A stretch of DNA of 64,000 nt from Mytilus californianus. Taxonomy: Eukaryota. The DNA lies in assembly GCF_021869535.1 (NCBI RefSeq), contig NW_026262593.1:21266001-21330000 (forward strand), written 5' to 3'. Shown here piece after piece: positions 1 to 13,100 of the stretch. The position numbers and the translations under genes are program-made. Under the pieces are notes generated by a model. The model ran no database searches, was not told the DNA's origin, and saw only the letters and a list, made by a program, of their open reading frames with translations. Every line of letters begins with the position of its first letter. Position 1 is the first letter of the stretch.

Positions 1-630
1 CCTTAGTCATGGTCTATAGACTTTGAAAATTTTGCTAAGTTAACATGTATTAGTTTGTGATTAGGTCAGTTCAAGGGGAACCATTAGTGGTAGACGAATG
101 TTAATTGGTGTTCAGTTGTAGAAGCATTAGCACATCTCATTTCCATGGAGAATATTTGGCCCCGCCCCCTCAGTCATGGTCTATTTACTTTGAAACTTTT
201 GCTTAGTTTACATGTATTAGTTTGTGATTAGATCAGTTTAAGATGAACTGCTAATGTTAAGTCAATGATATTTGGTATGCAAATTTATTGACATTTGCAA
301 GTATTGTTTCCATGGAGATTATATAGCCCCACCCCTGATCATGGTTCATTGACTTTGAAACTTTTACATAGTTTACAAGTTAATGTTAATGTTTGTGTTT
401 AGGTTTGTTTAAAAGGAACGACTTATAATAAGTCAATGGTATTTTGTATGCAGTTGTATTAGCATTGGCACATCTCATTCCATGGAGATTGTTTAGCCAT
501 GTACCTTCAGTCATGGTTCATCGACTTTGAATATTTGCATAACTTACATGTTAAAGTATTGCATTTTAATTTCAACATTTGCATTATCAAAATTACAAAA
601 AGGCGAGACATATCTCTGTGATAACAGTTT
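1..630. mobile_element. 3' part of an interspersed element with ~168-bp internal tandem repeats
   Basis: 'agtcatggt..actttgaa' recurs at about 4, 171, 337 and 508; ends '..aggcgagacatatc..' like the element at 28515-28915. Confidence 0.55.
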
Positions 631-849
631 ATTTAATATATACAAATTATTTTGGAAAAAAACTAATCCATTTTATATAGAAGCCTTATGGAATTATTAT
701 TTGGTTAAAGTTAAGATCAACACTGATAAGTGAAGTATTTTGTAAGATTTTGAGGTATTTTGTAATAAATGAAAATGTATCTGGACTCATGTCATATAAT
801 TTCAACTCATATTTGTCTTGTGTACTTACAGTATAAATCCATGTCATAT

Positions 850-966
850 CTATTTCTTTTTTTCAGTTTTGTTGTAGACGATTTATCAGCAGATAAATTA
901 TATGTCGTTACTATGAATATATCAGTATGTCTAGACTCAGGAGGGGTGTGAGAAGTGTTTACCAAT
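850..966 (+). repeat. Partial duplicate of the acceptor and 5' half of exon 1022-1185 (pseudo-exon from 867)
   Basis: Near-identical to 1015-1120; reads FVVDDLSADKLYVVTMNISVCLDSGGV then TGA at 949-951. Confidence 0.85.
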
Positions 967-1021
967 AAAAGCAATCTTGACCCTCAGTTATTACAAGCAC
1001 TTTGATTATATCTAATTTCAG

Positions 1022-1185
1022 TTTTGTGGTAGATGATTTAACAGCAGATAAAGTATATGTTGTTACTATGAATATATCAGTATGTCTAGAATCAGGAGGG
1101 GCATGTGAAGTGTTTACCAATGTATTCCAGGATCACAGGTTACCCAAAGCTGAATGTGATTATGATTCACAGTTTGTCATTTCTG
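1022..1185 (+). CDS. Host gene exon, type D
   Basis: ttcag|...|gtaag; phase 2-1; FVVDDLTADKVYVVTMNISVCLESGGACEV..LPKAECDY. Confidence 0.88.
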
Positions 1186-4100
1186 GTAAGTAGATCTGAG
1201 CAATCCTTACATAAATAATGTGCCCAAAATATATTTACCCAAAACAGATTCACAGTAATGTAAAAAAAGAGTTCTTAAATACTTTTCATAAACATTTTGA
1301 AGTACATGTATTTCTCAGAAAAACATTTCAGTTTTAAGGACAATTTTTGGCAGATGCATTAGAAAATTTATTATTTTTCAGAATTTAGTCTGAGTGAGTA
1401 CTTAGATGAGAAGAGTGTACCTACTAACACTGTACCTCTGGATGTCCACACTATTGCCCAATTGCTGCATGATACAGCTCTCGCACCATACATGATGGAT
1501 GATATATGTGACCAAACTGTCATACCATATTATCCCAATGATAACGGATGGAACAGAGGTAAGAGTATAGTATGTGGTTATCACATGATCATCATGTGAC
1601 CAAACTATAATACCATATTATCCCAATAATAAAAGATGGAACAGAGGTAAGAGTATAGTATGTGGTTATCACAGGATTGTCATGTGATCAAACTGTTATA
1701 CCATACTTTCCCAAAAATAAAGAATGGAACAGAGGTAAGAATACAGTTTGTGGTTTCCACATGATAGTCATGTGACCAAACTGTAATACCATACTATGCC
1801 AATGATAAAGGATGGAATACAGGTAAGAATAGTTTGTGGTTATCACATGATTGTCATGTGATCAAACTTTATCATTATAATATGTATTGTTATAAAACCA
1901 TGGTGATGAAGGATGGAACAGATAAAAATAAATATTGCAGTTAGATCAGACTATATGATTAACTTATTTCTGATTTTTGTCCCCAGTGTAACACGTTGTG
2001 GGGTGGCATAGAAATACCAGGTGCCTGTCTGTGCGTGTGTCTTTCCATTCTTGTAAGCACTCTCACATGTACAATTCTAACCAGATTTTTATCAAACTTA
2101 TATCATAGGTTTATATCAGCAATGTCACAGACAAGTTTGAAAATCATTGCTGATGAATTATTTTTAAAAGAGTTATGCCCTTTGAAATATTAATAAGATG
2201 GAAAATTGCATTGTAAGCACTCTCAAGCCTACATTTCTTGAAGAACTGTTATGAAATTAAATTTGAAGATTCAACTCAGCAATGTATGGGACAAGTTTGA
2301 AAATCAGTCCTGATGAAGTATTTTATAGGAGTTATGTCCCTAAGAAATGTAAATTCTATAGAAAATTGCATTGTAAGCACTCTAATGTGTACAATCTTGC
2401 CAGATATTTATGAAATTTATATCAAAGGTTTATATCAGCAATGTCTCGGTCAATTTTCTAAATTAGTGCTGATTAACTATTTTATATAAATATAATAATG
2501 CCCTCGGACAGATAAATACCCTTTGGACAGATGAAATATGTGCAATGCGGGGAAGATTTGTAATTATTCAGCATAATAAAAAAAAGATATGGTACCAGCT
2601 CCTCCTCATGCATTGGTCATATTAGATATTAGGCCACGCCAAATTAATACCTCGTTCGTCGGATTTCCCGCGTGTTGTGAAAATCTGATGCCTTGTGTAA
2701 GGAGAGTGCAAAACTCTTTGCGCATTAAAAACCCTTGCTACAACTCTGAGGGGTTAGTAGGAGGCCTGTTGCAAGGCTGAATTTCTGTCCCTGTCCAATG
2801 TACAATGTACCCTCATTTTCCCGTAGTGGTCCAAATTTCACTGACCTTTGTCCCAGACTGCCTCTGTTGCAGGACCTACCCATTTTGTTTATTGTTAATT
2901 TTTTCTTGTCCTGAAGATGCATGAAATATTTGCCATTGGATGTTAAGCAACCAACAATCAATTAATCATATTAAATTCTTCAGCAAAGCATGACTATTAC
3001 GTGGAATGCATTGAAATGTTTCTTTTGTTTAATTAATTAGTATATATATAGCATCTGGTGTGATGTATTTGAATACGTAATAGTATAAATTGATGTAGTT
3101 TTCGAAGGACAGTCCTTAATAAATTTTCATCTTGTTGTATACACAAATATGTATAGTTGTATATAAAAGCTTTATACATGCTTTGTATACCTTTATTTGA
3201 AACAACATACCATTCTATATGTGCCTGTCCCAAGTCAGGAGCCTGTAGTTCACTTGTTGTTGGTTCATGTCTGTCAAATTTGTTTTTCATAAATAGTTTT
3301 GTTATGAATTAGGCCGTTAGTTTTTTCAAATGAATTGTTTCATATTTTTCATGTTGGGGCCTTTCATAGCCGACTATACGGTATGGTTTTTCTCATTCTT
3401 GAAGGCTGTATGGTTGCATATAATTGTAAATATCAATTTCATTTGAACTTGGGAAGATATTTGTTTCATTAGCAATCATACATCTCCTTATTATACGACC
3501 GCAAAAAAATTTTGTGGTCGTATATTGGTATGACGTTGGCGGCGTCGTCGTCGTCGTCGTCGTCGTCCGGCGTCGTCGTCCGAATACATATTGGTTTTTG
3601 CACTCTAACTTTAGTTTAAGTGAATGGATCTTTTTGAAATTTGACCATAAGGTTAAATACCACAAAAGGAAGGCTGGGATTGATTTTGGGGGTTATGGTA
3701 CCAACAGTTAAGGAATTAGGGGCCAAAAAGGGGCCAAAAATGAGCATTTTCTAGTTTCCAGACAATAACTGTGGAACGGTGTATGGATCTCTCTGAAATT
3801 ATACTACAAGTTTCCATACCACAAAGGGATGGTTAGGATTTGCTTTGGGGGGTTATGGCTCAAACCGTTTAGGAATTAGGGGAAAAACAAGGTTGTCCTG
3901 GTTAATGGACAAATACTTTAGTACAAAACATAATTTAAAGCAGTGTAAGGGAGATAAATCAAATACATCATTGAAATTATCTCCCTTACACTGCTTTTAA
4001 ATTATGTATAAAGTAATGGTTAATGAACAATAAAGATAATCTAAAACAGTGTAAGGGAGGTAATCCAAATACAACGTTTTGGTTACTTCCCTTACACTGC

Positions 4101-7100
4101 TTTTAAATTATGTTTAAAGAAATGCATATTTATAAAGGAAGACCAGTAAAAATATCTGCAAATGTTTTCATCTTTTTTTTTTACAAAAAAATCCATATGA
4201 AAGATTTGACACTATATTTTTATTAATTCTATTATAAAATAGATTAAGTTAGCACTATGGTAAATTTAAATGGGTAATTATGGTTGCCAACTCCATTGGA
4301 AATTTGAATTGAGATTATGACCATATCTTGAGGGAAAGAATTTTTTTGGGGGAAAAAGGGGGGGGGGGGGGGGGATAAAAAGAAATTGTGGGGGGCCAAT
4401 TTTTTCTCATTTCAGATTTCAGAAATTAAAAAGAATTATTCTTCAAATATTATTTTTTTTTCAAATTTCAAGAAGTAATCTTTAATTGCACAGTATGGCG
4501 CATTAGATTTGTAAAATCTTTGATCACATTTATTTATTTGTTATGCCGAATCTAACAGTGTATTTAGATTTTTAATTTTGGGTCCAGTTTTCAAATTGGT
4601 CTACATTAATGTCCAAAGGGTCCAAAATTAAACTTTGTTTGATTTTAGCAAAAATTGAATATATGAGGTTCTTTGATATGCTGAATCTAAACATGTATTT
4701 AGATTTTTGATTTTTGGCCCAGTTTTCAAGTTGGTCCAAATTGGGGTCCAAAATTAAACTTTGTTTGATTTCAACAAAAATTGAATATATGGGGTTCTTT
4801 GATATGCTGAATCTAACCATGTATTTAGATTTTTTATTTGTGGACCCCGTTATCTAATTGGTTCATATTGAGGTCAAAAGGGTCCAAAATTAAACTTTGT
4901 TTGATTTCATCTAAAATTGAATTATTGGGGTTCTTTGATATTCCAAATCTAACCGTGTATTTAGGTTTTTAATTTTGGGTCCTGTTTTTTAAATTGGTCT
5001 ACATTGAGGTCCAAAGGGTCCAAAATTAAACTTAGTTTGATTTTAACAAAAATTGAATTCTTGGGGTTCTTTGATTTGCTGAATCTAAACATGTGTTTAG
5101 ATTTTTGATTATGGGCCCAGTTTTCAAGTTGGTCCAAGATAGGGTCCAGTATTTAAACTTTGTTTGATTTCAACAAAAATTGAATATATGGGGTTCTTTG
5201 ATATGCTGAATCTAAACATGTATTTAGATTTTTGATTATGGGCCCAGTTTTCAAGTTGGTCCAAATTGGGGTCCAAAATTAAACTTTGTTTGATTTCAAC
5301 AAAAATTGAATATATGAGGTTCTTTGATATGCTGAATCTAACCATGTATTTAGATTTTTTATTTGTAGGCCCCGCTATCAAATTGGTTCATATTGAGGTC
5401 AAAAGGGTCCAAAATTAAACTTTGTTTGATTTCATCGATAATTGAATTATTGGGGTTCTTTGATATGCCAAATCTAACCGTGTTTTTAGATTTTTAATTT
5501 GGGTCCCGTTTTTTAAATTGGTCTTCATTGAGGTCCAAAGGGTCCAAAATTAAACTTAGTTTGATTTTAACAAAAATTGAATTCTTGGGGTTCTTTGATA
5601 TGCTGAATCTAAACATGTGTTTAGATTTTTGATTATGGGCCCAGTTTTCAAGTTGGTCCAAGTTGGGGTCCAAAATTAAACTTTTTTTGATTTCAACAAA
5701 AATTGAATATATGGGGTTCTTTGATATGCTGAATCTAACCATGAATTTAGAATTTTTATTTGTGGGCCCCGCTATCAAATTGGTTCATATTGAGGTCAAA
5801 AGGGTCCAAAATTAAACTTTGTTTGATTTCATCAAAAATTGAATTATTGGGGTTCTATGATATTCCAAATCTAACCGTGTATTTAGATTTTTAATTTTAA
5901 GTCCCGTTTTTTAAATTGGTCTACATTAAGGTCCAAAGGGTCCAAAATTAAACTTAGTTTGATTTTTAGCAAAAATTGAATTCTTGGGGTACTTTGATAT
6001 GCTGAATCTTAACATGTGTTTAGATTTTTGATTATGGGACCAGTTTTCAAGTTTGTCCAAGTTGGGGTCCAAAATTAAACTTTGTTTGATTTTAACAAAA
6101 ATTGAATATATGGGGTTCTTTGATATGCTGAATCTAACCATGTATTTTGATTTTGGACATTGGACCATAATAGGTAAATTAAAAAAATTCAAGTTCTTAG
6201 ACCACATTCTTTCTGTGTCAGAAACTTATGCTGTGTCAAATATTTAATAACAATCCAAATTCAGAGCTGTATCAAGCTTGAATGTTGTGTCCATACTTGC
6301 CCCAACTGTTCAGGGTTCGACCTCTGCGGTCGTATCAAGCTGCGCCCCAGCGAAGCATTTTATTTTTATAATGCATCAATTATAACTGTCATCAAACATG
6401 GATGTGTACCTGTTCAATGCTGTTGTACTATTTCATGTGCAGCTGGATCTTTATTTGAGCAGACTACATGAAGTTGTCTACACTTTGCTACTAGTTAACC
6501 ATTTGTGTACTAGAAATGTTGGTAAAAGATTCAACAGGGTATCTGAGAACATATTAAGAAGCAAAGTAGGGTAATATAAAAAGTAGGATATAAGATATAT
6601 AAAAACATGAAGCACCAAAACTGTGTAAATTTCTGATCGCTCGCTTGCATAAAATGCTTTTCATAGATTTTTTTTTAATATTTCAAAAATAATATCGCTC
6701 GCTAGTAAAAAAACCTTTCGCCTGCCAAAAAATGAAACTTTGAAAAAAAAACAAATAAAAAAATTTCGCTCTCTCGCTACCTTTTTTTACAGAAAGTGTC
6801 CGAAGAACTAGAAATTAATTTGTTGTGGCCTTATAAAGAAATTAATTTTCTGTTTTTTACTTCTGCAGCTTGTGAAGAATATGTAGATTTACCAGTGCTG
6901 CAATCTGGTACTATCTGTCATCTGTACAGTTCGTGTACTGGTGTCACTTGTTGTAGCAGCTTCCCAAGGATCAATAGGAATGTTAACACACAGTTAAAAC
7001 TGGATCCCTGTAACAGTAAAATGATCATTGGTATTGAGAAGTTTGAGATTACCATCAGCTTGTTTGGATATACATATGGGGAAGTCAAAAATGTAAAATT

Positions 7101-10100
7101 GCATGGAGTGATTGGTCTTGAGTAAGTACATATAGTACAGGAGAAATAGAGTTGTTTGATTCAGCTAGATAACTTTTTCAACATTTCATTCTGTTCCAGT
7201 ATTTCATGAGCATTCATAGTCAATATACTATTAGTAGCATCTTAGTTATATAGGGACAGATCACACAAATGCCAATAGATGGAACTTTTAAAGGTAAAAT
7301 TCAGATCCAGAATCCCTTAGCGGAAATAGGAGAGAATATATAGTAAATATATCACTTTTGAGGTACAATGGATAGGTTCTTCTTTGTAAATACAGCTGTT
7401 TCACAAACCATGCCTCTTTTGGGGAGATATATAATACTTTTGTTTACCTACTGGTTCCCAGCTATGATCTCTATGTTTCATCTTGGAGAGACATAACTTT
7501 GGAATGTTTCCAGTATAACTATACATGCATAGCAGTCATATTGAAATCTGTGGAAGACCCAAAGTGAAGGGAGGGGTAGTACAGAATTTTAGTATAAGTT
7601 AAATTCTGGGCATATAAATGTTGAAAATATGACGCCCAGCCCTATATTTTGACCTTTGAAAAAAAAAGGAGTGCATATGTGCTTTCCATTCTAGGATATA
7701 ATTTTTTAAGAAACTTCATAGAAAAAGTGGTAGTTTTAGCCAGAAAAGGAGTTCCTATGGGAAATTGCATTATCTATATTTACAGAATTGCAACCTATGT
7801 ATCAGAAAAATGCATTTTAAGTTTCTTTCACTAAAGAACCTTCAGCATTGACTGAATTGTTTAAGCATCTGAAAGCTTGGCCTGTATAAATGATATGCAA
7901 AGAATAAAGAAGAAAATGAAGAAAATATCAGTTTTTTTATCAATACAGTATACAAATATTTTTTTTCGTTGTGCATAAATGTTTCAAAATTTTGTTTTTG
8001 GTTTCAGATTCAAGATTGAAAACCTTGAGGAAGAAAGGAAATTTATAGTTGACCTAGAGATGAGTATATGTATGGAGACAAATGGAACATGTGAAATAAC
8101 TATCCCTGTCTTGATAAGTACAGCCCTACCAAAGGCACCATGTGATTGGAAGAATGATTATGTTCAATCAGGTAAGTGGAAATGAGGATGATTAAGCATA
8201 GAAAGTAAAAAATAAATGATATCAATTTCTGTGAACATGACACATGCTTCTGGAATAACTCTCATTACGACATATAAGGTCAAAGAATTGGAAAACAAAA
8301 TATTATAAAGTGTTTTAGAACATATGAAAAACAAAAAGGGCATAAGAAATAATAGCCAATAAATTAATTATTTGACTTCTCAACCCAAGGAAAATGTTTA
8401 AAAAGATCCAGATATTTAAAATTGTTTTTGCAATTTGCATCTCAAAGTGAGGTTAAAGGTTTTTTTAAATAATGCCTTATAATATATAAGAAATTATTTG
8501 TGATGCAGTAGAAAAGAAAAAAAAAAAAATGACAAAGCAGAGCTGTTACCAAGAGAAAACCTTTTAGTTTTTACTCAGTCATTGTTGTTTGAAAGTTATA
8601 ATTTCCTGTTAATGAATGAATCTATTTTTGTTTCAGATTTTTCATTCCTTGGTTTCCTGAATGAGAAAGGTATAGATGTTAATGATAATCTGGATACCAA
8701 TCAACTGTCTGCCTTGATAGAGAGGTTAGCCATTGGAGATTTCTTGATGGACACACAATGTAGTAGTTCTGCATCTCCCTACAGCGGACATTCAGACGGA
8801 TGGACTAATTGTAAGTTAGCCTGTGAATATTTACATTTTAGAAGTGTTTATAGAATGTTATATTGGCCTTTATATTATTTTTTTCCTGCTTTACATAATA
8901 TGTAATTTGTTGATATTACTTACTTGTGTCTGTTTATATCAATATTTTGATGTAGCTTTCTGGAATTTTAACAAAGAATTCTGCTGAAAGCTGTGCTAAG
9001 GAATGTCTTTTAACTGGCAAAAATTGGTACAAATTGGGGCAAAATTGCCCCTTTAATGAAATATATTTCAAATTTTCTCTGATTTTTAGAATCAAATGTT
9101 GAATCTTTGTACTTTGATAATAAAACATTGCAGTTTTGGTTTGAAATATATCCTTTTTATGGGTTATTCATCCAAGAATGACAATAATTTCAGTAAAATA
9201 GAAAAATTATACAAAATCTTGACTATTTATTTTACTTGTACATTCTAAGAAATAATATACTGCACAACTGTTCGCCAAAAAGATATTTAAACAGTTAGTG
9301 TATTTTGCGTTTATCTATGCACTTGCGACCAAGTCTGAAAAATCTCACTTATGATGTCATTTTAATGATGCCACTGTCAAATTGTGTCATCAAGGTTAGG
9401 ATAATATTCATATTGTCTGAATGCTTTTCTTCTGATGCTTAAGAATTGTGTTTAGCAGTTGTATCATACAAGGCCAAACAAACCCAGAATTGTACTTAGC
9501 AAAAATAAACTGCTCACAAAAATAAACCTCACTTTCCAGTGTAACATGTAATAATCACTGGTGATTGGATTATCATATATTCATAATCATATAATTACAT
9601 TACATGTATGTTTCATAATAACACATTTTTATACGCCCGTTTACGGGACGTATTATGGTATACCGTTGTTTTGATTGGCTGACAGCAATCTCGCGTAATT
9701 CTGAAAATAACCTTCTTTTCAAAATGAAATGTAACAATAAAGTACACAGGTGAATAAAGAAAACCTTGATAGAAATCGTGTTTTCATGATCCTAGTAAAA
9801 AAATGTAATTATAAGTATTGAATGCTTCTTTTAGTAATTTTATAGGGTTGTAAAAGCATTGACCGTGCGCACATTTTTAAAATGAAGCGCTTCTGCGCTT
9901 CATACAACATGTACTTCAGTCAATGCTTTTACACCCCAATGAATTTACAAAAAGAAGCATTCAATTCTTAAATATATTTTAGAGGCTAATTTTGTCTTTT
10001 TATATTGACAGTATGTGGACAGTTTATGGCAACTCTTCCCACTGTATCAGGCACTGTATGTAATGTTGGCAGTGATTGTACAACTGTCTACTGTTGTTTG

Positions 10101-13100
10101 CCAGACACCAGAATCGGCAAAAGTTTTGAGACATTTGTGAAGTTTGAACCATGTCTATTCAGACTTAGTGTTGGAATAGACAAACTAACATTCAGTACAC
10201 TCTTATTTGATTATGAATGGGGTCAGCTGACTGAAGTTTGGTTTTTTGGATATGTCAGAATGGAGTAAGTATATACTCTATAATAAAACATTGTAAATTA
10301 AAAACTATCTCAATTTAACATTGTGTTCTTGTCCTGAATTTGTGTGAAATTGTTGCCACTGGATGTTAAGCAATCAACAATTAACCAATCAATTACACAC
10401 TGTGCAAATCATAATATTGAGCTGTTGTTTAGGGTATAACAATAAATGTTCTTCAGTATTTTAACATGTTTACATCAGACAACTATGTAAAACAGTCAAA
10501 CTTGTGTTAGTATAATTTAGCTAAATGATCCTAGTAATAACAAAAATTTCATTAATCTGTTAAATTTCTTTAATTTTCAATAACAGAAAATGCTTTGCAC
10601 ATGCACAATCATATTTAAGTTGACAGCTTCAACAAAAAATATTTGTTTTCTATAAATTAAGAGAGCTTTTTATTGCTAAAAAAATACTGTGTCTTTAAAC
10701 TCATATCATAAACATACACATGATTAAATTGAAATTTATTTTTAAATAGGTTCACAGTAAGAGACTTAGAGATGGAGGGAGATTATTTGATTGATATGAA
10801 ACTTCAGATTTGTCGTGAGTCAGATACAGAAACAACACCATGTGGAGTTGATATTATAATCTTTGACAAATACAGACTTCCCAAATTGTCATGTGACTGG
10901 AATTCAGGACTATATTCAGGTAGAAATTAGTATTTTTATTGAAAACTTTTACATAAATTGGATGACAGTACAAAAGAAAGATAAGGGTATTTGGCAATTT
11001 TGACAAAGTAGCAGAAGCTCGACTTAGGCATGCTGTTTCTTGTGAAAAGGGCTGACAACTCTTCAGAGAATACCGTTTGACTTTGATATTTAAACCAGTT
11101 TTTTCCCTAAAAATGCAGATTAGAGGCCTATATTGTTTTATTATGATGGAATATACCTATGTTTTGAAATTTTAAAATAATCATTAACTATCTTACTTCT
11201 AAAATTATGTAATAAAGTCTATTTGAATTAGGCATCAAGATCCGATACGACCAAAAATAACATTTCAATTTTTTTTCTAAGAATTCCAAGGATTGACAAC
11301 ATGGCTGACAGACAACAGTGTAACCAAGACAGAACCTCTGAGGGGATCAGAAACATCCAAATTAATGTCTGACTCTGGCATAGCATCTTATCTGTATGAA
11401 CCATCATGTGATCAACAGGGTAGTATGTACTCTGGAAATGTGGGAGGTGTCAAGAATGGTAAGGTTTTTGTACTAGATGTCTGTGGTATAGTTTAGGTTC
11501 CGTCAAATGTACTCCTGTGTGTTAGGTGTATTTATATCATATTTGTTGACAGGTTTTTCCGATGGAGGCATTGTTCATATTTGTTGAAATGAACTTATAC
11601 AATTCATTCACACATTTACCAAGATAAAGCATAAAGCAACTTTTTGGTAATGTTTTTTGAAACAATATTAATTTGTTTATCTTATCTAAATGTAGCTTTA
11701 AAGCACTCTTATTTGAATTTCAATTTGTATTTGACCCCAAAAATATATTTTTAATTAATTACAGATTGTGGAACACCTGTTTCTGTCCCTGTTCTACCAT
11801 CAGGAGTTGTTTGTACTGTTTCCGCTGATACATGTACTGGTCTGGACTGCTGTATCACCATTCCACTAACAAACAAGACGATGAACTTCCGTATTAACAT
11901 AAACCATTGTTACCAGGACATTACTGTTGGATTGGAATCAATGTACAGAGAATACAAATTACTGGATTACACTTTTGGAACTATGGAACATTTCAACCTG
12001 AGAGGAGTTGGAAAAATGGAGTAAGTTTTTGTTCTAAATGGTAGGAATTTTTGTAAACCCTGAAATAATACAGTCAATTTCGAAATTTTATGATGTTTTT
12101 ATTATTGTGAATATTATGATTAGATAAGTCACGCAAAAATAAAAATTTGCATTATACAGGACAAGGTACGATAAGGCCTGATTTTGGCCCCCCTATTTTC
12201 TCATTTTTTAAATTTTGTTTTGGAAAGCTACATATCACGTTAAAATATTACCTTAGGTTTGAAGTTTGTTTGGATGAACTTCAAAACCATTAATTTCAGA
12301 AAATGGGTGAGGTGAGGGGGGTAAAAGGGCATAAAAAACGCCAAAAGAAGGAAAAAGTACGATTTTTGGCCATTGTTTCTAAAGATTTAATAGCGTGCGC
12401 CTACGTGACCCGGTGAAAGTTATGGCGATTTAGACACCAAAAACAATTCTCATGACCTTGGAATAAAAATAATCCTGGGTCACGTTGGCACAGGCACTAA
12501 AAAACTAAAAATTAGTTGTACGGAACACCTGCAAAGTGAATAATAATTACAATATTTGAATAATAACAGAAAGTTTACCCCCCTCACCTCACCCAGTTGC
12601 TAAAATTAGTGGTTTTGAAGTTCATCCAAACAAACTTCAAACCTCAGGGAATATTTTAACATAATAAGTAGCTTTCCAAAACAGAATTTAAAAAATGAGA
12701 AAATAGGGGGGCCAGAAAACAGGCCTTATCGTACCTTGTCCTTTTAATATCATATTTTGTATGCACTAGTGTTGAAAATCACAATAATAAATCTTGTATT
12801 TCAGTCAATTGTTCAACAATCACAAAAAATAAATGCACACTAACATTTCTGAGTTTACAGTATATCTTTACCATGTTGAAATTTATTGTGAAAAAGACAA
12901 TATCTAGAATGCGGGTATACGAAGCAGATATGATAGTTCAGATACATAATAAAAGTGTCTGGAGAATTGTTCTTATTTCTGTTTAATGTAAGTAACTGAC
13001 TCATCAGACACTTAAAATATGGAGAGAAATGAATGTTTAAATCTTAAGAAATGTCGAAAATAACACAGGGATTAATGGGTTAAATATTTTAATACATTGA

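Noticed and set aside
3514-3711. Repeated ORF (VVYWYDVG..., also 48860-49063)
   Set aside because: Lies in the (CGT)n head of a non-autonomous element; no Rep/helicase or other motifs.
4572-6247. Family of similar ORFs (MVRFSISKNPIYSIF...) on the minus strand
   Set aside because: Translations of the 126/136-bp satellite; no splice structure or protein-like composition.
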